Assembly (NCBI RefSeq): GCF_006345805.1 | Contig: NC_043000.1 | Location: 50,902,001-50,966,000, forward strand | From: Octopus sinensis | Taxonomy: Eukaryota | Direction of reading: 5' to 3' | Length of the DNA stretch: 64,000 nt | Shown here: positions 1 through 13,429 of the stretch, piece after piece | How positions within the stretch are numbered: position 1 is the stretch's first letter | Layout of the letters: every line of letters starts with the position of its first letter | The notes under the pieces: model-generated | What the model was told of the DNA's origin: nothing | Databases searched by the model: none | The model's input: only the letters and a program-made list of their open reading frames with translations | Program-made: the position numbers and the translations under genes

Positions 1-1192
1 AAAGTCCTTCCTGGGCAAGGAACATACAACCTGGTTTGTCTGTCCACTAGATTGCTAGGTGATCAGACATCTGGTTGGTTTCTTGAAGTTAGTGTTGCAC
101 CTCAACATTTGCATCAGAAAAGAATACTAGGTGTTTGTTATTAAGGTGAGAGAAAAAGATGGAATAGGCTAGATTCATATGCAACACTATTTTCAATTAG
201 TGAGTTACCTGTCCTGAGGCCTGAGTAAAATTCTTTATTCAAAATTTGTTATTAATGTGGTGGGAAATGCATGTATGCATTCTGACTTTTTCTTCTATAA
301 TTGAAAAATTCTGAATCTACTTGAGAAGCTGTTATTTAGCAAGTATGTTCTGAGTGTTGGACTGGTTGGTATTTCTTATCCAGGCAATACTTGACAATTT
401 CAACTGCAGATTGCTATAGGATCAATATTTGTTTACACCTAAGAGATTATTTCAAAACCATGGGCTAAGTCAGAATATTTATGACTTATGTGGGAATTAG
501 GAATTGAGTGACAGAAAATGAGTATAATCAGAAGTCAGAATTGGATCATAATCTAGACAAATGCCATAAATTGCAATGGAAAATACTCTTCAAATCAATA
601 TTCCACACAGTATTGTCAATAAATCACTTGTTTTTGATATGCTATCTTTATGGTCTAGTGTCCCAAAATGAGATTTCAAATCAACAGCTCTAACTTTGAT
701 ATTTTTTCAACAAATCAAAGATAAAACTGAGAACTTCATCCTATTTGATGCAGCATTGATTTGTTCTGAATACAATATTATCCCTGACAAAATGTTTTGT
801 TCCCTATATTTTAAGATATCTTTCAAATGCCTTTACTTTTTTGTTGTTGTAGACTTTAAAAAGTAACTGAACATTTTCAGAGAAGTGTACCCATGGTTTT
901 AAACTGATAAACGTCCACAGTGTTTCTGTTTATTTAATATTCTTTGTAATATCTATAAAGATAAAATTTATACATAGAATTTATTGTTTAAAGCTCTTCT
1001 CAAGTTTAACTTATAATGTTTTAATACAATTCTGTCATTCTGCCGTATAACACATCAAACAACTTTGTTGCAGTTAGCCTAACTAGTAAGAACCAGATAA
1101 TCTGGTATAGTATAGATAGTTGAATATATCTGTTGCCTGATTTATAATGTGGAACTAAAGTTAGTCCTCTAGAGACTAAGACAGGGAACATG

Positions 1193-1790
1193 CAGCTCCG
1201 TTGTGTGACTTTTAGAGGCCCCCTGCAACTTTTTGTTTTGAGGCCCCTGCCTTTCAATCAAAATTTGTAACCTAACGCATCTTTTATTCATAGCTATATT
1301 TTACTTATTCTATCTGATGTTCAGTATTTCATATTTTCATAAAGGACATCTTTAAATTACAAGTTAAACTTATTTAGGTCTATTCCAAATTTCAATAAGT
1401 AAAACTTCCAGATATGAATAAAAGAGCATTTTCATAATCCAGGCAACTTTCAAAGACAAACATGACGCACTTTTCACTTCATGAAATCATTGATCAGTTC
1501 AGAATAATCAAGCTGAGAGCTAAGTTCATGTTCAACAGATATCATAGACAATCTACCAAGTCTGGTACATGTTCATGGTACAATGTAATATTTTTACAAG
1601 AACTTTTGCAGGTACAATGTATTACCATTTTATTTTTGAAATTTTCAGTTAACATAGTTTAATTTTTGTTCAATATCTTAACCAAAATAAATAGATGACT
1701 CATTTATGTACTTTGATCTTAACATGGGGCCCCTCGGCCATGGAGGACCCCTGTGACTGCAGGGATTGTAGGGGTTTAGCAATGGCCCTG
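1193..1790 (-). mobile_element. hAT-superfamily non-autonomous/deleted DNA transposon
   Basis: Exact 8-bp flanking direct repeat GGAACATG (1185-1192 and 1791-1798). Imperfect TIRs CAGCTCCGTTG / revcomp CAGGGCCATTG, with GGCCCC subterminal motifs. Minus strand 1563-1450 reads RLGRLSMISVEHELSSQLDYSELINDFMK*KVRHVCL*, resembling the hAT C-terminal dimerisation domain. Confidence 0.75.
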
Positions 1791-1941
1791 GGAACATGTT
1801 GCCTATTTTATTACTTTTTAATATGTCATTTTACATGATTGCATCATACTTTCAGTATGTGATCCAGAACTGATATTTCGGTTGGAAATATGAAATAATA
1901 CTCATAATACTTCTTTCAAGGGTTTACATAGAACAAGGTCC

Positions 1942-2405
1942 AGACATGGCTGTGAAGCTGAGAAACTTGCTTCCCAACCACATGATTTTTGGATTCTGTC
2001 CCACTGCATGGCACTTTGGTTAAGTGCTTTCTACTATAACTTCAGGCTTAGTGAAAGCCTTGTGAGTGGATTTGGTTGACAGAAACTGAAAGAAGCCTAT
2101 CATGTATGTATGTACCTTGGTGTGTGTTAGTGTGTGTGTTTGTCATTTTTCCTACCATCACATGATATTTGTAAATGTGTGACTGTCATACTAGTGATGT
2201 CCTTCATCTCCAGTCTTCCATGCAAACATATCTGGCCATGGAGAAACTTTTACTTGGAAACAGGTGGTTGTTAATGACAAGAAGGACATCCAGTTGTAGA
2301 AAATTTGCCTCAATTAAATTCCGTCCAGCACATGCATGCATGGGCAAGTCAACATTAACTAATAATTTTCATATTGATGATAGAACATTATCAAAATTTT
2401 AATGA
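1942..2405 (+). mobile_element. Diverged family-A SINE head/body followed by a family-D type tail
   Basis: ATGGCTGTG..., GGCACTTTGGTTAAGTGCTTTCTACTATA and GCCTTGTGAGTGGATTTGG..CAGAAACTGAAAGAAGCC match other family-A copies. AAGGACATCCAGTTGTAGAAA downstream matches family D. Confidence 0.65.
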
Positions 2406-2479
2406 TCAGATGCAATAAGATTTTCCTATTTTGTAATGAATGTATGCTGTAACAATTCTTTATAGTTTTGCCACATGGC

Positions 2480-2665
2480 CAGAAATTTTGAGGAGAGAGG
2501 CAAGTTGTTTACTTCAACCCCAGTGTTTGACTAGAACTTATTTTATCAACCCCTGAAAGGATGAAAGACAACGTTGAACTTCATGGCATTTGAACTCAGA
2601 ACCTAAAAACCAGTAGGAATGCTACTTCTCATCTTGTTCTGTGTGCTAATGATTCTGCCAGCTTG
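2480..2665 (-). mobile_element. Family-C SINE, diverged
   Basis: CCCCTGAAAGGATGAAAGACAACGTTGAAC...TTTGAACTCAGAAC is the reverse complement of the family-C core at 46559-46790. Confidence 0.65.
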
Positions 2666-3161
2666 ATATTTTAATATACAGCAATAATAATATCATTTCA
2701 ATACTGATATTGCAAAGACTACAAACCACAAATTATTAGAAGAAAGTGCATAATGGGACCCTCTGCCAAAAAACAAAAAAATGCTGTTTGGTTTATATTC
2801 CAACACTCTGCTGTATCTGATACCCCACTGGTTTTCTGTGTAGCAACATTAGTAAAGTGTCAGACAAAATGCCTTGGAGTATTGAATTTCAGCCATTACA
2901 TTCTGATTTCAAATCCCACTGTTGTTGGTTTTTACTTTTCCTTTTTCTAAAGCTGCTGATAAAATAAAGTACGAATCAAATTACTGGTATTGATCCAATT
3001 GACTATAACTGACACCAAAATTGGTAGCCTTGTAACAAAAATATTAGTCATGATGATAATAACAACTATTATTTCTGTAACTTGAATTTAGTCTTATCTT
3101 TATTTTAATAAACTTGGATAATGTAAAGCAAAATCAATTTTGGAGAATCAAAGCTGTAATA

Positions 3162-3162
<1 letters not shown>

Positions 3163-3214
<52 letters not shown>
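3163..3214. repeat. (AAT)n microsatellite
   Basis: Direct inspection; it produces the poly-N ORF 3140..3397. Confidence 0.95.
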
Positions 3215-4049
3215 TTTTTCTCATTATCACAACTGAATAGTGCAACTAATCTGTTGTGGAGAAATATTGGGGATCAAATTGACACAAGTATGCAAGTACA
3301 ACTTATATTTTGTCCTGAAAGAGATAAAAGCTTGAATGAACCGAGGAGGATTTCGACTCAGAATATAAATAAAATTGAACTAAAGAAGGATTTCTAAAGT
3401 AGAAATCCTTGATTTATATTTCTGAAGTAGAAATACTGATGACTTAAAAGTTCAGATTTTGAAGAAAGCGTTATGGTTGAAGAGCAGCATGGAAGTTACT
3501 GCTGCTTATTTATAGGGTTGTTGTTTTATTTTTATTTTTAGACTGATGCTTTAGGGGAAAAAAAAACCATGCAGCAAGTGGCTACTCACACTAGCTGTTT
3601 GGTTGGTCTGATGGTTGTTAGGAGGGCTTACAGGAAGAATGGGAACAAGCTGGAACATATAGGGATCTAGGCAATGAATTAAAAACTAGCATGTTTTCTT
3701 TGAAAGAAGTGATCTCAGTATTTGACTGTGGATCCTGGTGCTGTTCTCTTGTTTGCCAGCTCCTGTCAAACCATCCAACCCATATCAGTTTGGATCATGA
3801 ATGTTAAATGATGATGATTACATATACAGAAAGATGAAAGACAAAATCATTCTTAGCAGGATTTATGGTTAAAACATAAAACAATGTAATTAAATACTGC
3901 TTCACATTTTGTCCAACTCTATCAACTCTGCCACTCCACCATAAAACATTTAGTCTTGTACTCTATCATTCCTTTGAACCACCTGCCTCTTAATTTTTAA
4001 TAATTAGAGTAATTAATAGCAATTTTTTTATTGCATAATTATAAAGATG

Positions 4050-4620
4050 TAAAGCAGGAGGCTGAGTTGGATTCTAGAAATGCAAGTACTAGCACAGTGA
4101 TGTGCCAATACCAGCATTTGTACTTCAGAAGAGGAGTGTTTGGTTAAAAAAAACAAAAAAAAACAAACAAACTCACTATCTTCAATTTGGCTTTTGTGTC
4201 TATCATCACCTCTAGTCTTGGATGTTGCATAGTGACAAAAAATGTATGATTGTGGCTATAAGCAACTGAATTAGGGTTCCTTCAAAAGATCTCTGGAGTA
4301 ATAGTACTTGAAAGGGTGCATAGCTTGGAAATCAAGGAGTCTCTCTTTGTCAAATGTCTACTTCTCCATATGGAGAGGTCATGGCTCTGGTACTATTGAT
4401 TTGTAATTGTAATGTCACAGGAAACAATCACAAGACAGATTCTTCTAGCCAAGGCAAATGGCAAGAAACCTAAGGGTCCACCAAGAATGAGATAGTATGA
4501 TAATATCCATAGACTTGGTTAGTTGTGTTTTGGAATCCAGCTGGATTTGGTTGCTTCTGATAGGACCATGTAAATGAGCTGCCTAAGGACTTTACCCTCA
4601 TTACTCACAAGGAGTAAATG
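4050..4620 (+). mobile_element. RTE-clade LINE 3' fragment (Rex3/Expander-like), decayed
   Basis: Translations KQEAELDSRNASTSTVMCQ, LTIFNLAFVSIITSSLGCCIVTKNV, ATELGFLQKISGVIVLERVHSLEIKESL and ETITRQILLAKANGKKPKGPPRMR*YDNIH follow the C-terminal RTE ORF pattern (GRRPRGRPRTRW), with stops. Confidence 0.8.
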
Positions 4621-4683
4621 GATGGATGGGTAGGTGAGTAGCTGTTTAGGGTTGATAGATGGATAAATAGATAATTGTTACAT

Positions 4684-5108
4684 ATAGGCGCAGGAGTGGC
4701 TGTGTGGTAAGTAGCTTGCTAACCAACCACATGGTTCCGGGTTCAGTCCCACTGCGTGGTACCTTGGGCAAGTGTCTTCTTCTATAGCCTCGTGCCGACC
4801 AAAGCCTTGTGAGTGGATTTGGTAGACGGAAACTGAAAGAAGCCTGTCGTATATATTTTTATATATATATATGTATGTGTGTTTGTTTGTGTGTCTGTGT
4901 TTGTTCCCCTAGCATTGCTTGACAACCGATGCTGGTGTGTTTACGTCCCCGTCACTTAGCGGTTCGGCAAAAGAGACCGATAGAATAAGTACTGGGCTTA
5001 CAAAAAAAGAATAAGTCCCGGGGTCGAGTTGCTCGACTAAAGGCGGTGCTCCAGCATGGCCGCAGTCAAATGACTGAAACAAGTAAAAGAGTAAAAGAGT
5101 AAAGAGTA
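4684..5108 (+). mobile_element. Family-A tRNA-derived SINE, full length
   Basis: Head GGCGCAGGAGTGGCTGTGTGGTAAG...GGTTCAGTCCC (A/B-box like), body CCTTGGGCAAGTGTCTTC (CORE-like), internal (TA)/(TG) tract, tail GACCGATAGAATAAGTAC...GGCGGTGCTCCAGCATGGCCGCAGTC ending in (GTAAAAGA)n. More than 8 copies in the window. Confidence 0.9.
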
Positions 5109-5419
5109 TAGTCATGGAGATGTGAGTGTTATGTGAAGTTTTAGCATTAATGCTCTTCAAAATCATTTAATGTTCCTTTTCTATTACATTTTGTTAAGGG
5201 TAGATATTAAAAGTATTCACTGAGGTAGTCTTTTAAAGTTATTGAAAACACAAGTGCTCCAAAATTTACACATCCAAGTGAACAAAATGAAATAAAATAT
5301 AAGTAGCATGAAGTGTTCATGCATCACTGTATATACATATAGTGATCAAAATTAAAAACCAAAATGAAAATATATAATACATACCTAGTGGCTATAGTTT
5401 TATCATATATTGTATTCTC

Positions 5420-5660
5420 ATTTTAATATTTGTGTATGTATATATGTATATATATATATATATGTGTGTGTATGTGTACGTATGTATATATATATATGTT
5501 TGCGTATGTATATGTATATATATATGTGTGTGTATATATGTACATGTGTGTGTGTGTGGTGTGTGTGTGTGTTGTGTGTGTGTGTGTGTGTATGTATATA
5601 TATATATATATATATATATGTAAATATGTATGTACATATGTGTGTACACACACATATATT
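5420..5660. repeat. Compound (TA)/(TG) microsatellite
   Basis: Direct inspection; source of six overlapping spurious ORFs. Confidence 0.95.
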
Positions 5661-6079
5661 TGAATATATCAACAATGCAAATATTGATGCTCAGAATGAA
5701 AGACAAGTTAAATAAACAAGAAAAAAATGGAAATAAACAAACAAAGATATAGAAGAACAGGCAAGAAGAAGACATCAATGTAAAATCATATTTATATACT
5801 GAAATAAACATTCCTTGATATATTTTTAGCAAACTGCTTGCAGTATATAATTTACTGATATATGGTAGAAACACTGTTAGTGAACTGATTGTCTTTGACA
5901 TTATAGCGTATGACTCAGTTCTGTGTTATTGAAAAGTAAAGCCACAAAAGTATTTATCTAATACAACCATTTTTACAGTCTATCACATTTTTGTTTCATT
6001 AAGCAAATTGTCTTTCCAACTTATATTGAAGGTGAAATTAACTAACTGTAAGTTAGACGATATTTCCATTGAAACACAT

Positions 6080-6152
6080 TTACTACTACTACTACTACTA
6101 CCACTACCACCACCACCACCACCACCGAAACCACCACCACTACTACTACTAA
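6080..6152. repeat. Compound (CTA)/(CCA) trinucleotide repeat
   Basis: TACTACTAC...CACCACCAC...TACTACTAA by inspection. Confidence 0.9.
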
Positions 6153-6812
6153 CTTTATTTTTCATATTCTTTATGTCCTTATTTATTTATTTATTTATTT
6201 CCTTCCTTCCTAACTAGCTGCAGAAAACTATGTGGGTAGGTAAAAATTTTGGGAAACAAAATTACTAAAAATATATAGAAGATATTAGAGAAAATAGAAA
6301 TATATACAAAAGTAAAATTGATAGTGTAGTTAGTGACAGGAAGGTCTCATATAAATTGTGTAGGAATTAGAGAGTGAAAAAAGTTTGGCTACGTGTGTAT
6401 ATGTATATACATACTTAAGTTTGTAAAGGATTGTGTGTTTAGTGACATTCCAAATTCTAAACCTTATGGTTGCTGTAGTATGTTCATTTTTGCATAACTC
6501 TCTGGATTGTGTTCCTCAATTCTCCTATCAATTTCTTATTTAGCCATTATGTACATCTAAGTATGTGTATAAGAAAGATCAAATCAGTGACTCAGACACA
6601 ATGAGTATGTACTTATGTGCATGTATGAAAGATCTCCAATTTATCTGGAGAAACGAGATTATAAATATGCATGAGTGATTGTGTATGTGCTTGCATGTGT
6701 GTGTATGTGGATGTGATCGGATACTGAAATACATACTCGGATACATGTATATAAATATTGCCTTTCTGTTTCAGAATAATGCACAGTAATAATAGAAATA
6801 ATGTATAAAGTG

Positions 6813-6846
<34 letters not shown>

Positions 6847-7260
6847 CGTTGCTATTATGCAAAAGTGTTGAAAGTCCAAAATCTTGCTTTTACAGAAAAC
6901 GAAAAAATAGTTTCACTATTCCATTCCTTTTTACATTAGCAACAGTTTCAGCTTAACAAGAATACTTTGTTGGGTGCATAAAATCATAACGCAATGCACG
7001 TATGGTATTTTCAGGCAGAAATATTTTTGCAAAACTGTTGTATGTGGGACTTAGTACACTTTTGAAAAATGCTAAACTGTTGTACTACACATACTTTGAC
7101 AATTTTCATCTGAAGCAGCTGGAGGTATGACAGTTTGACCAAAAGAACCAGCTATTGCAAGCACAAAATTGAATATTTAAAAAAAATTCATTTGACCAAA
7201 TTTGGACATACTACAGTTCAACATAATATGAACGATATATATGTGTGTATATATATATAT

Positions 7261-7423
7261 ATAGGTGCAGGAGTGGCTGTGTGGTAAGTAGCTTCTTTAT
7301 CAACCACATGGTTCTGGGTTCAGTCCCACTGCGTGGCACCTTGGGCAAGTGTCTTCTACAATAGCCTCGGGCTGACCAAAGCCTTGTGAGTGGATTTGGT
7401 AGACAGAAACTGAAAGAAGCCCG

Positions 7424-7469
<46 letters not shown>

Positions 7470-7698
7470 GCTTGTTTGTGTGTCTGTGTTTGTCCCCCTA
7501 GCATTGCTTGACAACCGATGCTGGTGTGTTTATGTCCCCGTTACTTAGCGGTTTGGCAAAAGAGACCGATAGAATAAGTACTGGGCTTACAAAAGAATAA
7601 GTCCCGGGGTTGAGTTGCTCAATTAAAGGCGGTGCTCCAGCATGGCCGCAGTCAAATGACTGAAGCAAGTAAAAGAGTAAAAGAGTATAAAAGAGTAT
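7261..7698 (+). mobile_element. Family-A SINE, full length
   Basis: Colinear and highly similar to 4684-5108. Confidence 0.9.
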
Positions 7699-7703
7699 AT
7701 ATA

Positions 7704-7734
<31 letters not shown>

Positions 7735-9562
7735 GTATGAATTAAAATCAAAATGAGGGTGAAAAAATTGGATATTAATTTAATAACATCAATTTAACAC
7801 CTGTGGTTTAGTGCATAAAAACTGAGATTCAGTAAATGTTATTAATATACAAATATGAGAGAGAATCCACTATGTGGACACTCCTACACTAAAGATAGAT
7901 CCGCAAGGGTCTCAACCACTAAGAATTGTTCTCAAGAAAAATTTAGCACACTATGAACGTAAGCGAGCAGGACAATGTGAATAAAATTTGTAGGAGTATG
8001 TGAGAAAGGAAGAGATTTGTATATTAATAATCATATTTGTATGTATGTATGTATGTATGTATTTATTTATGTATTTATTCAATGTATGGTTTGCCATGCT
8101 ACCAAAGGTTAGTCAGGGGAGTTACATGAAGCAGGAAAAGCAGGATTCTTTTTACAGCTGGCTGCTCTTCATGTTGCCAACCCTTACCTGTTTCCCAAGT
8201 TATTCAAGTGAGAGAATTTTAATTCCGGAGAAATTCAAAGGCAAAATTAGTGGATGAATTGTTGACAGGAAATGTCAACAAATAATACTGGCAGTAGCCC
8301 GGTTACAAATGGTGGTGTTACCATCTGCAAATATTTATAATCTGTGGGAACAGATTGTAAACATTCACCTTAAGCATTCATATGGATATGCACACATATG
8401 CATGCATGCACACCTACTCATACACAACAAGCTTTTACAGTATCAATACATTAAATATGTTCACAATGCATTGGTTAGCCTGAGGCTACAGTAGAAGGCA
8501 CTTAACTACACTGGCATATAGTGTGGGACTGAACCTGAAGGGGAAAAGAAGTTCTTAAACAACACAGCCATGCATGTAACAACTACACACACACACACAG
8601 TCATCTTTATTCATATATATATATATATATATATATATAGTAAAATAAGAAATAGAACTTCTTGGTACAATGTTATATGTTTGAAAAAAACAAATAAAAA
8701 TGATTTTTCTGATAATTTTTCCACTTTAACATCCAATTATTAAAGGGGAAAAATTATCAGGAAAGCCATTTCTATTTATTTTTTCAAATACACAGACACA
8801 CAGACATGATGTGATTATGATAATGATGTATGTGTGTGTGTGTGTGTGTGTCTCTTCTAAGGTTGAATATTTTTCTAAATGGTATGTCAATTTTGAAGAA
8901 TACTTTCTTCTTGAGATTATGTCCCTTTCTTAAATGGGACTTGGTATCTATTCCTTCCTGTCAGTTGTTTGACCATCCCTCTCAGTAATGAGAATTTCTG
9001 TAAGTAAAGAATCTGTATTGTATGGTATTTAATGTACCATTTTCCATTCCTTTTTGTTCAACTGACCACTCTGAATAATTTCCCTTAGCTCATTTTCATT
9101 TCATTTTATGGACCTTAAAGAGTTGAAAATAATGCTGATGAGATATTTGGGTTGACCCTCAAGGTGCAAGGTGAGTTGAAGGGAATGGGGACAGAGGAAC
9201 CATGAATGTATGTGAATAAAGTTTGTAGGAGTGTGTGAGAAAGGAAGAGATTGGGGAATTTGCATGGGGGTGAATATAGTGAATGAAGAACAATAGTTAA
9301 TGGATGATAAAGAAGGAAAATAAGGAAGAGTAGGTGATAACTAGAGATATTGGATAGAGTTGAGCAGTGGATGTAGTGTATGGTAGGTAAGAGATGATAG
9401 TGATCAACAATGCATTAGTTGAGGAGATGCAAAATAGTAATTATCTTACTGTTGTCAAGAGTAAGAAGAAAGAGAGAAAAAGGGAGGATAAGTGATTGGG
9501 TAAGTTGCAAGAGTGTGAGAACTGAAAGAGATAGGTAGGCATCCCTGATCATATCTTCTTAT

Positions 9563-9790
9563 TTCTTTACTGCCCACAAGGGGCCACACACAGAAGGGAC
9601 AAACAAGGACAGACAAACGGACTAAGTCGATTACATCGGACCCAGGGCATAACTGGTACTTAATTTATCGACCCCGAAAGGATGAAAGGCAAAGTCGACC
9701 TTAGTGGAATTTGAACTCAGAACGTAACGGCAGACAAAATACCGCTAAGCATTTTGCCCGGCGTGCTAACGTTTCTGCCAGCTTACCACC
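9563..9790 (-). mobile_element. Family-C tRNA-derived SINE
   Basis: Reverse complement of 46559-46790 (TATCGACCCCGAAAGGATGAAAGGCAAAGTCGACC...TTTGAACTCAGAAC). Confidence 0.9.
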
Positions 9791-9794
9791 ATTG

Positions 9795-10385
9795 ATCATA
9801 TCTTCTATGCGGTTGAAGGTCCTGAGTACAGTCTTTACCTCTTTTCCCCATGTTTTCCTGGGTCTCCCTCTTTCACAAGCTCCATCCACATTAACATCTA
9901 CATGCATCACATATTCATACCTGCACAGCTTTCATTCATACATCTAATTCCTCTTATGCCCATTTTTTCTCTTAAACTAAGTCATTCATTAACAAATTTA
10001 CATTGCATATCTTGTGGAGCATGCTTGCTTCATTTCTTCCATGTCTTCTCTACATTCAAATCAAATGTCTCACTGTCATGCAGTGTTACAGTTCTAACAT
10101 TAAGTGTCATACAATCTGATCTTCATTCTAAGGGAAAAGGCTTTTGTTACCAGTTGTAATAATAGCTCCCTCAACTTTCTGCAACATGTTCTTACCCTGG
10201 ACTATTATACTTTCAAAACAAAAACACCCCTTGCTAATTACATCTCCTGAGTCACAAAAACTATCAACTTCTAGAAAGTAATCCAGGTATTTAAGAAGAT
10301 CCATTTCTAGTGTGCTTATAGTATGTATACGGCTCCAGTGCATCTATCATATATGAGGAGCTTACTTTTAAAACAGGTATAAGTA
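9795..10385 (-). mobile_element. RTE-clade LINE fragment, decayed
   Basis: Minus-strand peptides FLEVDSFCDSGDVISKG (cf. LEVVDSFCYLGD), RLYDT and VDGACERGRPRKTWGKEVKTVLRT resemble the RTE C-terminal region. Confidence 0.8.
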
Positions 10386-11267
10386 CATATTTGGTCAATT
10401 TCATGACAACCATTAAATCACAATCTGCAAGCTGTTGGCTTCATGGGTGTGAAATTTTCTTTCAGTCAAACTGGGATAGATGCCATATAGGCTGTAGGTG
10501 AATCTTAGTTTTGCCATTAAAATCAGACATATTCAAGTTGTTGTTTTAAACAATTACTCAAAAGTCATTCCAATGCAAATATCTAGTTTTGAAAGTAAGC
10601 TCTTCAATGAAGCTTACTTTCTGTTAGTTTGCTTGTGATTCCACTGTGCCTGTAATGTGTCCATTGTTCAGAATGGGTACAGCATAGAGAATTTCTGCCT
10701 ACTCTATTTCTGCATAATGAGCAAGGTCATTTCCCTGAAGGTACCTGGGTTCTGCCTTCTTCCCTATTTACTAAAACATTTATTTTTGCTAAGATTATCT
10801 GAAGAATTCTTTATTTGTGGGAGTGTGAACATGTTTTTTTGTGTGCATATCTATATATCTTTATGTATATTATATAGAGGGCATTACTACACATAAATGC
10901 CACACGCTAGGAGGGACTCTTAAAGTCAAAACTACTAAGATAAATAAACACTGCACTGATTATGAAATCATAGTGATCTGCAGCAAAATTCTGTTCTTAA
11001 ATGTCTTGCTTTGAGAATTGCATTCGCTACGATGCATTTATTTATTTTAGTAGTTTTGACTTTAAGAGTCACTCCTAGCATGTGGCATTTATGTGTAGTA
11101 ATGCCCTCTATATAATATAAATAAATATATTTAAGTGAAAAAATTGGTGGATTTTTTTCTCTTATGAGGTTTTTCACACTGACTACTTGATAAATTCTTA
11201 TAAAAGTTTTATCCTATTTTAAAATTATATATATTTATGCATATTTATATGTGTGTGTCTATTTCAC

Positions 11268-11530
11268 ATTCATTTTCCACACTGACATGGGTTGGACGGT
11301 TTGACATGGTCCAAAGAGGTGCATAGTTCTAGAAAATCCATTTCGAGTGTACTTATAGTATGTACTGCTCCAGTGCATCTATCATATATGAGGAGCTTAC
11401 TTTCAAAACCAGTATAAGGTCATGGCATCAGCTTTGGTTTGATTTCTATAGCTGGATGCTCTTCCTAACATCTACCACTTTAAGGAGTACACTGATTGCT
11501 TTGTTTCATGATGCCAGCACCAGTGAGGTT
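11268..11530 (-). mobile_element. Family-D SINE interrupted by an RTE-derived insert
   Basis: CATGGGTTGGACGGTTTGAC and GATTTCTATAGCTGGATGCTCTTCCTAACATCTACCACT match the family-D reverse complement. 11327-11418 matches 10269-10383. Confidence 0.7.
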
Positions 11531-12196
11531 ACCAAGTATTTTGCAAGACTGAGTGAAAATAGGAAAATTAAAAAATTTCCTCGAAAGATTGAGAGTTTAT
11601 TTGAGAGAAAAGGAGGTGGTTTTATGCTGGGAGTTGAAGGCTAAAGTATGATAGAGGGGGAAAACAGAGGTGTTTTGTTATAGAGGAGTTACATGGTCGC
11701 CACACATTATACAAAGGTGGGTGAGAGTAGCTGGAAGGGACATAAGGATGGTGGTGATGAGGCACCAGAGCATATTCTGCAGGTACAAGATGTTGAGTGT
11801 AAAGGGAAATTATAGACTGGATCAAGTGGGATAAAAAGGATGGGTAATTTCTTGAGAGTGTGGGAGGAGGATGACAAATGGTTAGAGATTGGGCTCAAGG
11901 TAGGTGTAGTGAGTGAAGAAAAATGGTGGAGGTATGGTTGATGGTAAATATCAGTATGGAAGAGGAGGTCACAGAGATTGAAGTTACTCAGGCAGGAGTA
12001 GGTGATAAGCAGTAGTATCATATATCTAAGGATAGTTGAGAATGTAGGGAAATGATGTGCAAGGTCTGGGAGTGGAGGGTTGGGAAGAATGATGAACTGA
12101 GCCCAGAGGTACAAGAAAGTGGCTGTAGTGAGTGGGGTGGGTGAGACAAAGTTTGGGGTAAGGGTAGTGTCATTGATAGCAGTTATGAAAGGGTAA

Positions 12197-12616
12197 TACT
12201 CTTTTATTGTTTTACTTGTTTCAGTCATTTTGACTTTGGCCATGCTGGAGCACTGCCTTTAGTCAAGCAAATCGACCCCAGGACTTCTTTGTAAGCCTAG
12301 TACATATTCTATCAGTGTGTTTTGCCGAACCACTAAGTTACGGGGATGTAAACACATCAGCATCGGTTGTCAAGTGATGTTGGACACACACACGCACACA
12401 CACACAAACATATATACACACATACATATATATATATATGACGGGCTTCTTTCAGTTTCTGTCTAGCAAAGCCTTTCAGTTTCCATCTACCAAGGCTTTG
12501 GTCGGCCTGAGGCTATAGTAGAAGACACTTGCCCAAGGTGCCACACAGTGGGACTGAACATGGAACCATGTGGTTGGTAAGCAAGCTACTTACCACACAG
12601 CCATTCTTGCGCCTAT
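12197..12616 (-). mobile_element. Family-A SINE, full length
   Basis: Reverse complement of 4684-5108. Confidence 0.9.
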
Positions 12617-13429
12617 GCAGATAAACACTACAAACATTATACAAACAATGAGTTATCAATGACATGTGGAAAGCCATGGTCAGTATTCTAAAAATAGATA
12701 AAATTTTGTTCTCAAGTAAAATGTGCTCCCTACTATTTAGGTATAAAATCTGTGAAAGAGTTGTGTATTATAGTTTGATAAATATTACACACACATGCAT
12801 GCACATTATACATATATACACACATGTACAACACACACATGCATACACATTATATATATATACACATACAACACACACACATACATGCACATATATATAC
12901 ATACATATACATGTACAACAAACACACACACACACACACACACATGTAAGCATACACTCTGATATAGGAACTCTTTTAATTACAAATGTTCAAATTTCTG
13001 ACTTTAAAAAATATGAACAAACTGATCTCCAAATCCATTTGTGTGTTTATTTAAAGGGTCCACAGGCATACAATAGGTGGCATTAATATTGTTTCATGCA
13101 GTTAAAGCAGTATAAATGTTGTGCTTGTGTAATATTACAGTATTATATGGAGTTATTTGTTGTTTTTGTTAAAATGCAATTGCTTCAACATATTTTAGAA
13201 ATATCTGAAATAGTGCCAGTAATGATGGTGATAGCAAGAAACAGTTTATATATTCATTCATTTATTTATTTATTTTGTATTTCATCTTTCCTGATTTTAT
13301 AAATTAATTAAAATACCAGTTGAGTTCTGGGGGTTGATTTAATTGAACAACCCCTTTCCTAGATTCCTGGGTTTGCAACTATGTTAGAAACTATTATTCT
13401 GCTGAAAACTAGGGGGTTCATTAAAGTGA

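Noticed and set aside
3140-3397. Poly-Asn ORF
   Set aside because: (AAT)n microsatellite running into a SINE fragment.
5392-5901. Many 60-170 aa ORFs rich in Y/I/H/T/C/V/M (also at 12.7, 22-23.5, 31.7-32.2, 48.6-49.0 and 57 kb)
   Set aside because: They are translations of (TA)/(TG)/(CA)/(ATGT) microsatellites, which lack stops in several frames.
5983-6217. Poly-Gly/Ser and poly-Pro/Leu ORFs
   Set aside because: Compound CTA/CCA repeat with no flanking coding signal.
11707-12243. Longest ORF in the track (178 aa, minus strand)
   Set aside because: It begins inside a family-A SINE tail and runs through C/T-skewed decayed repeat sequence with no recognisable domain.
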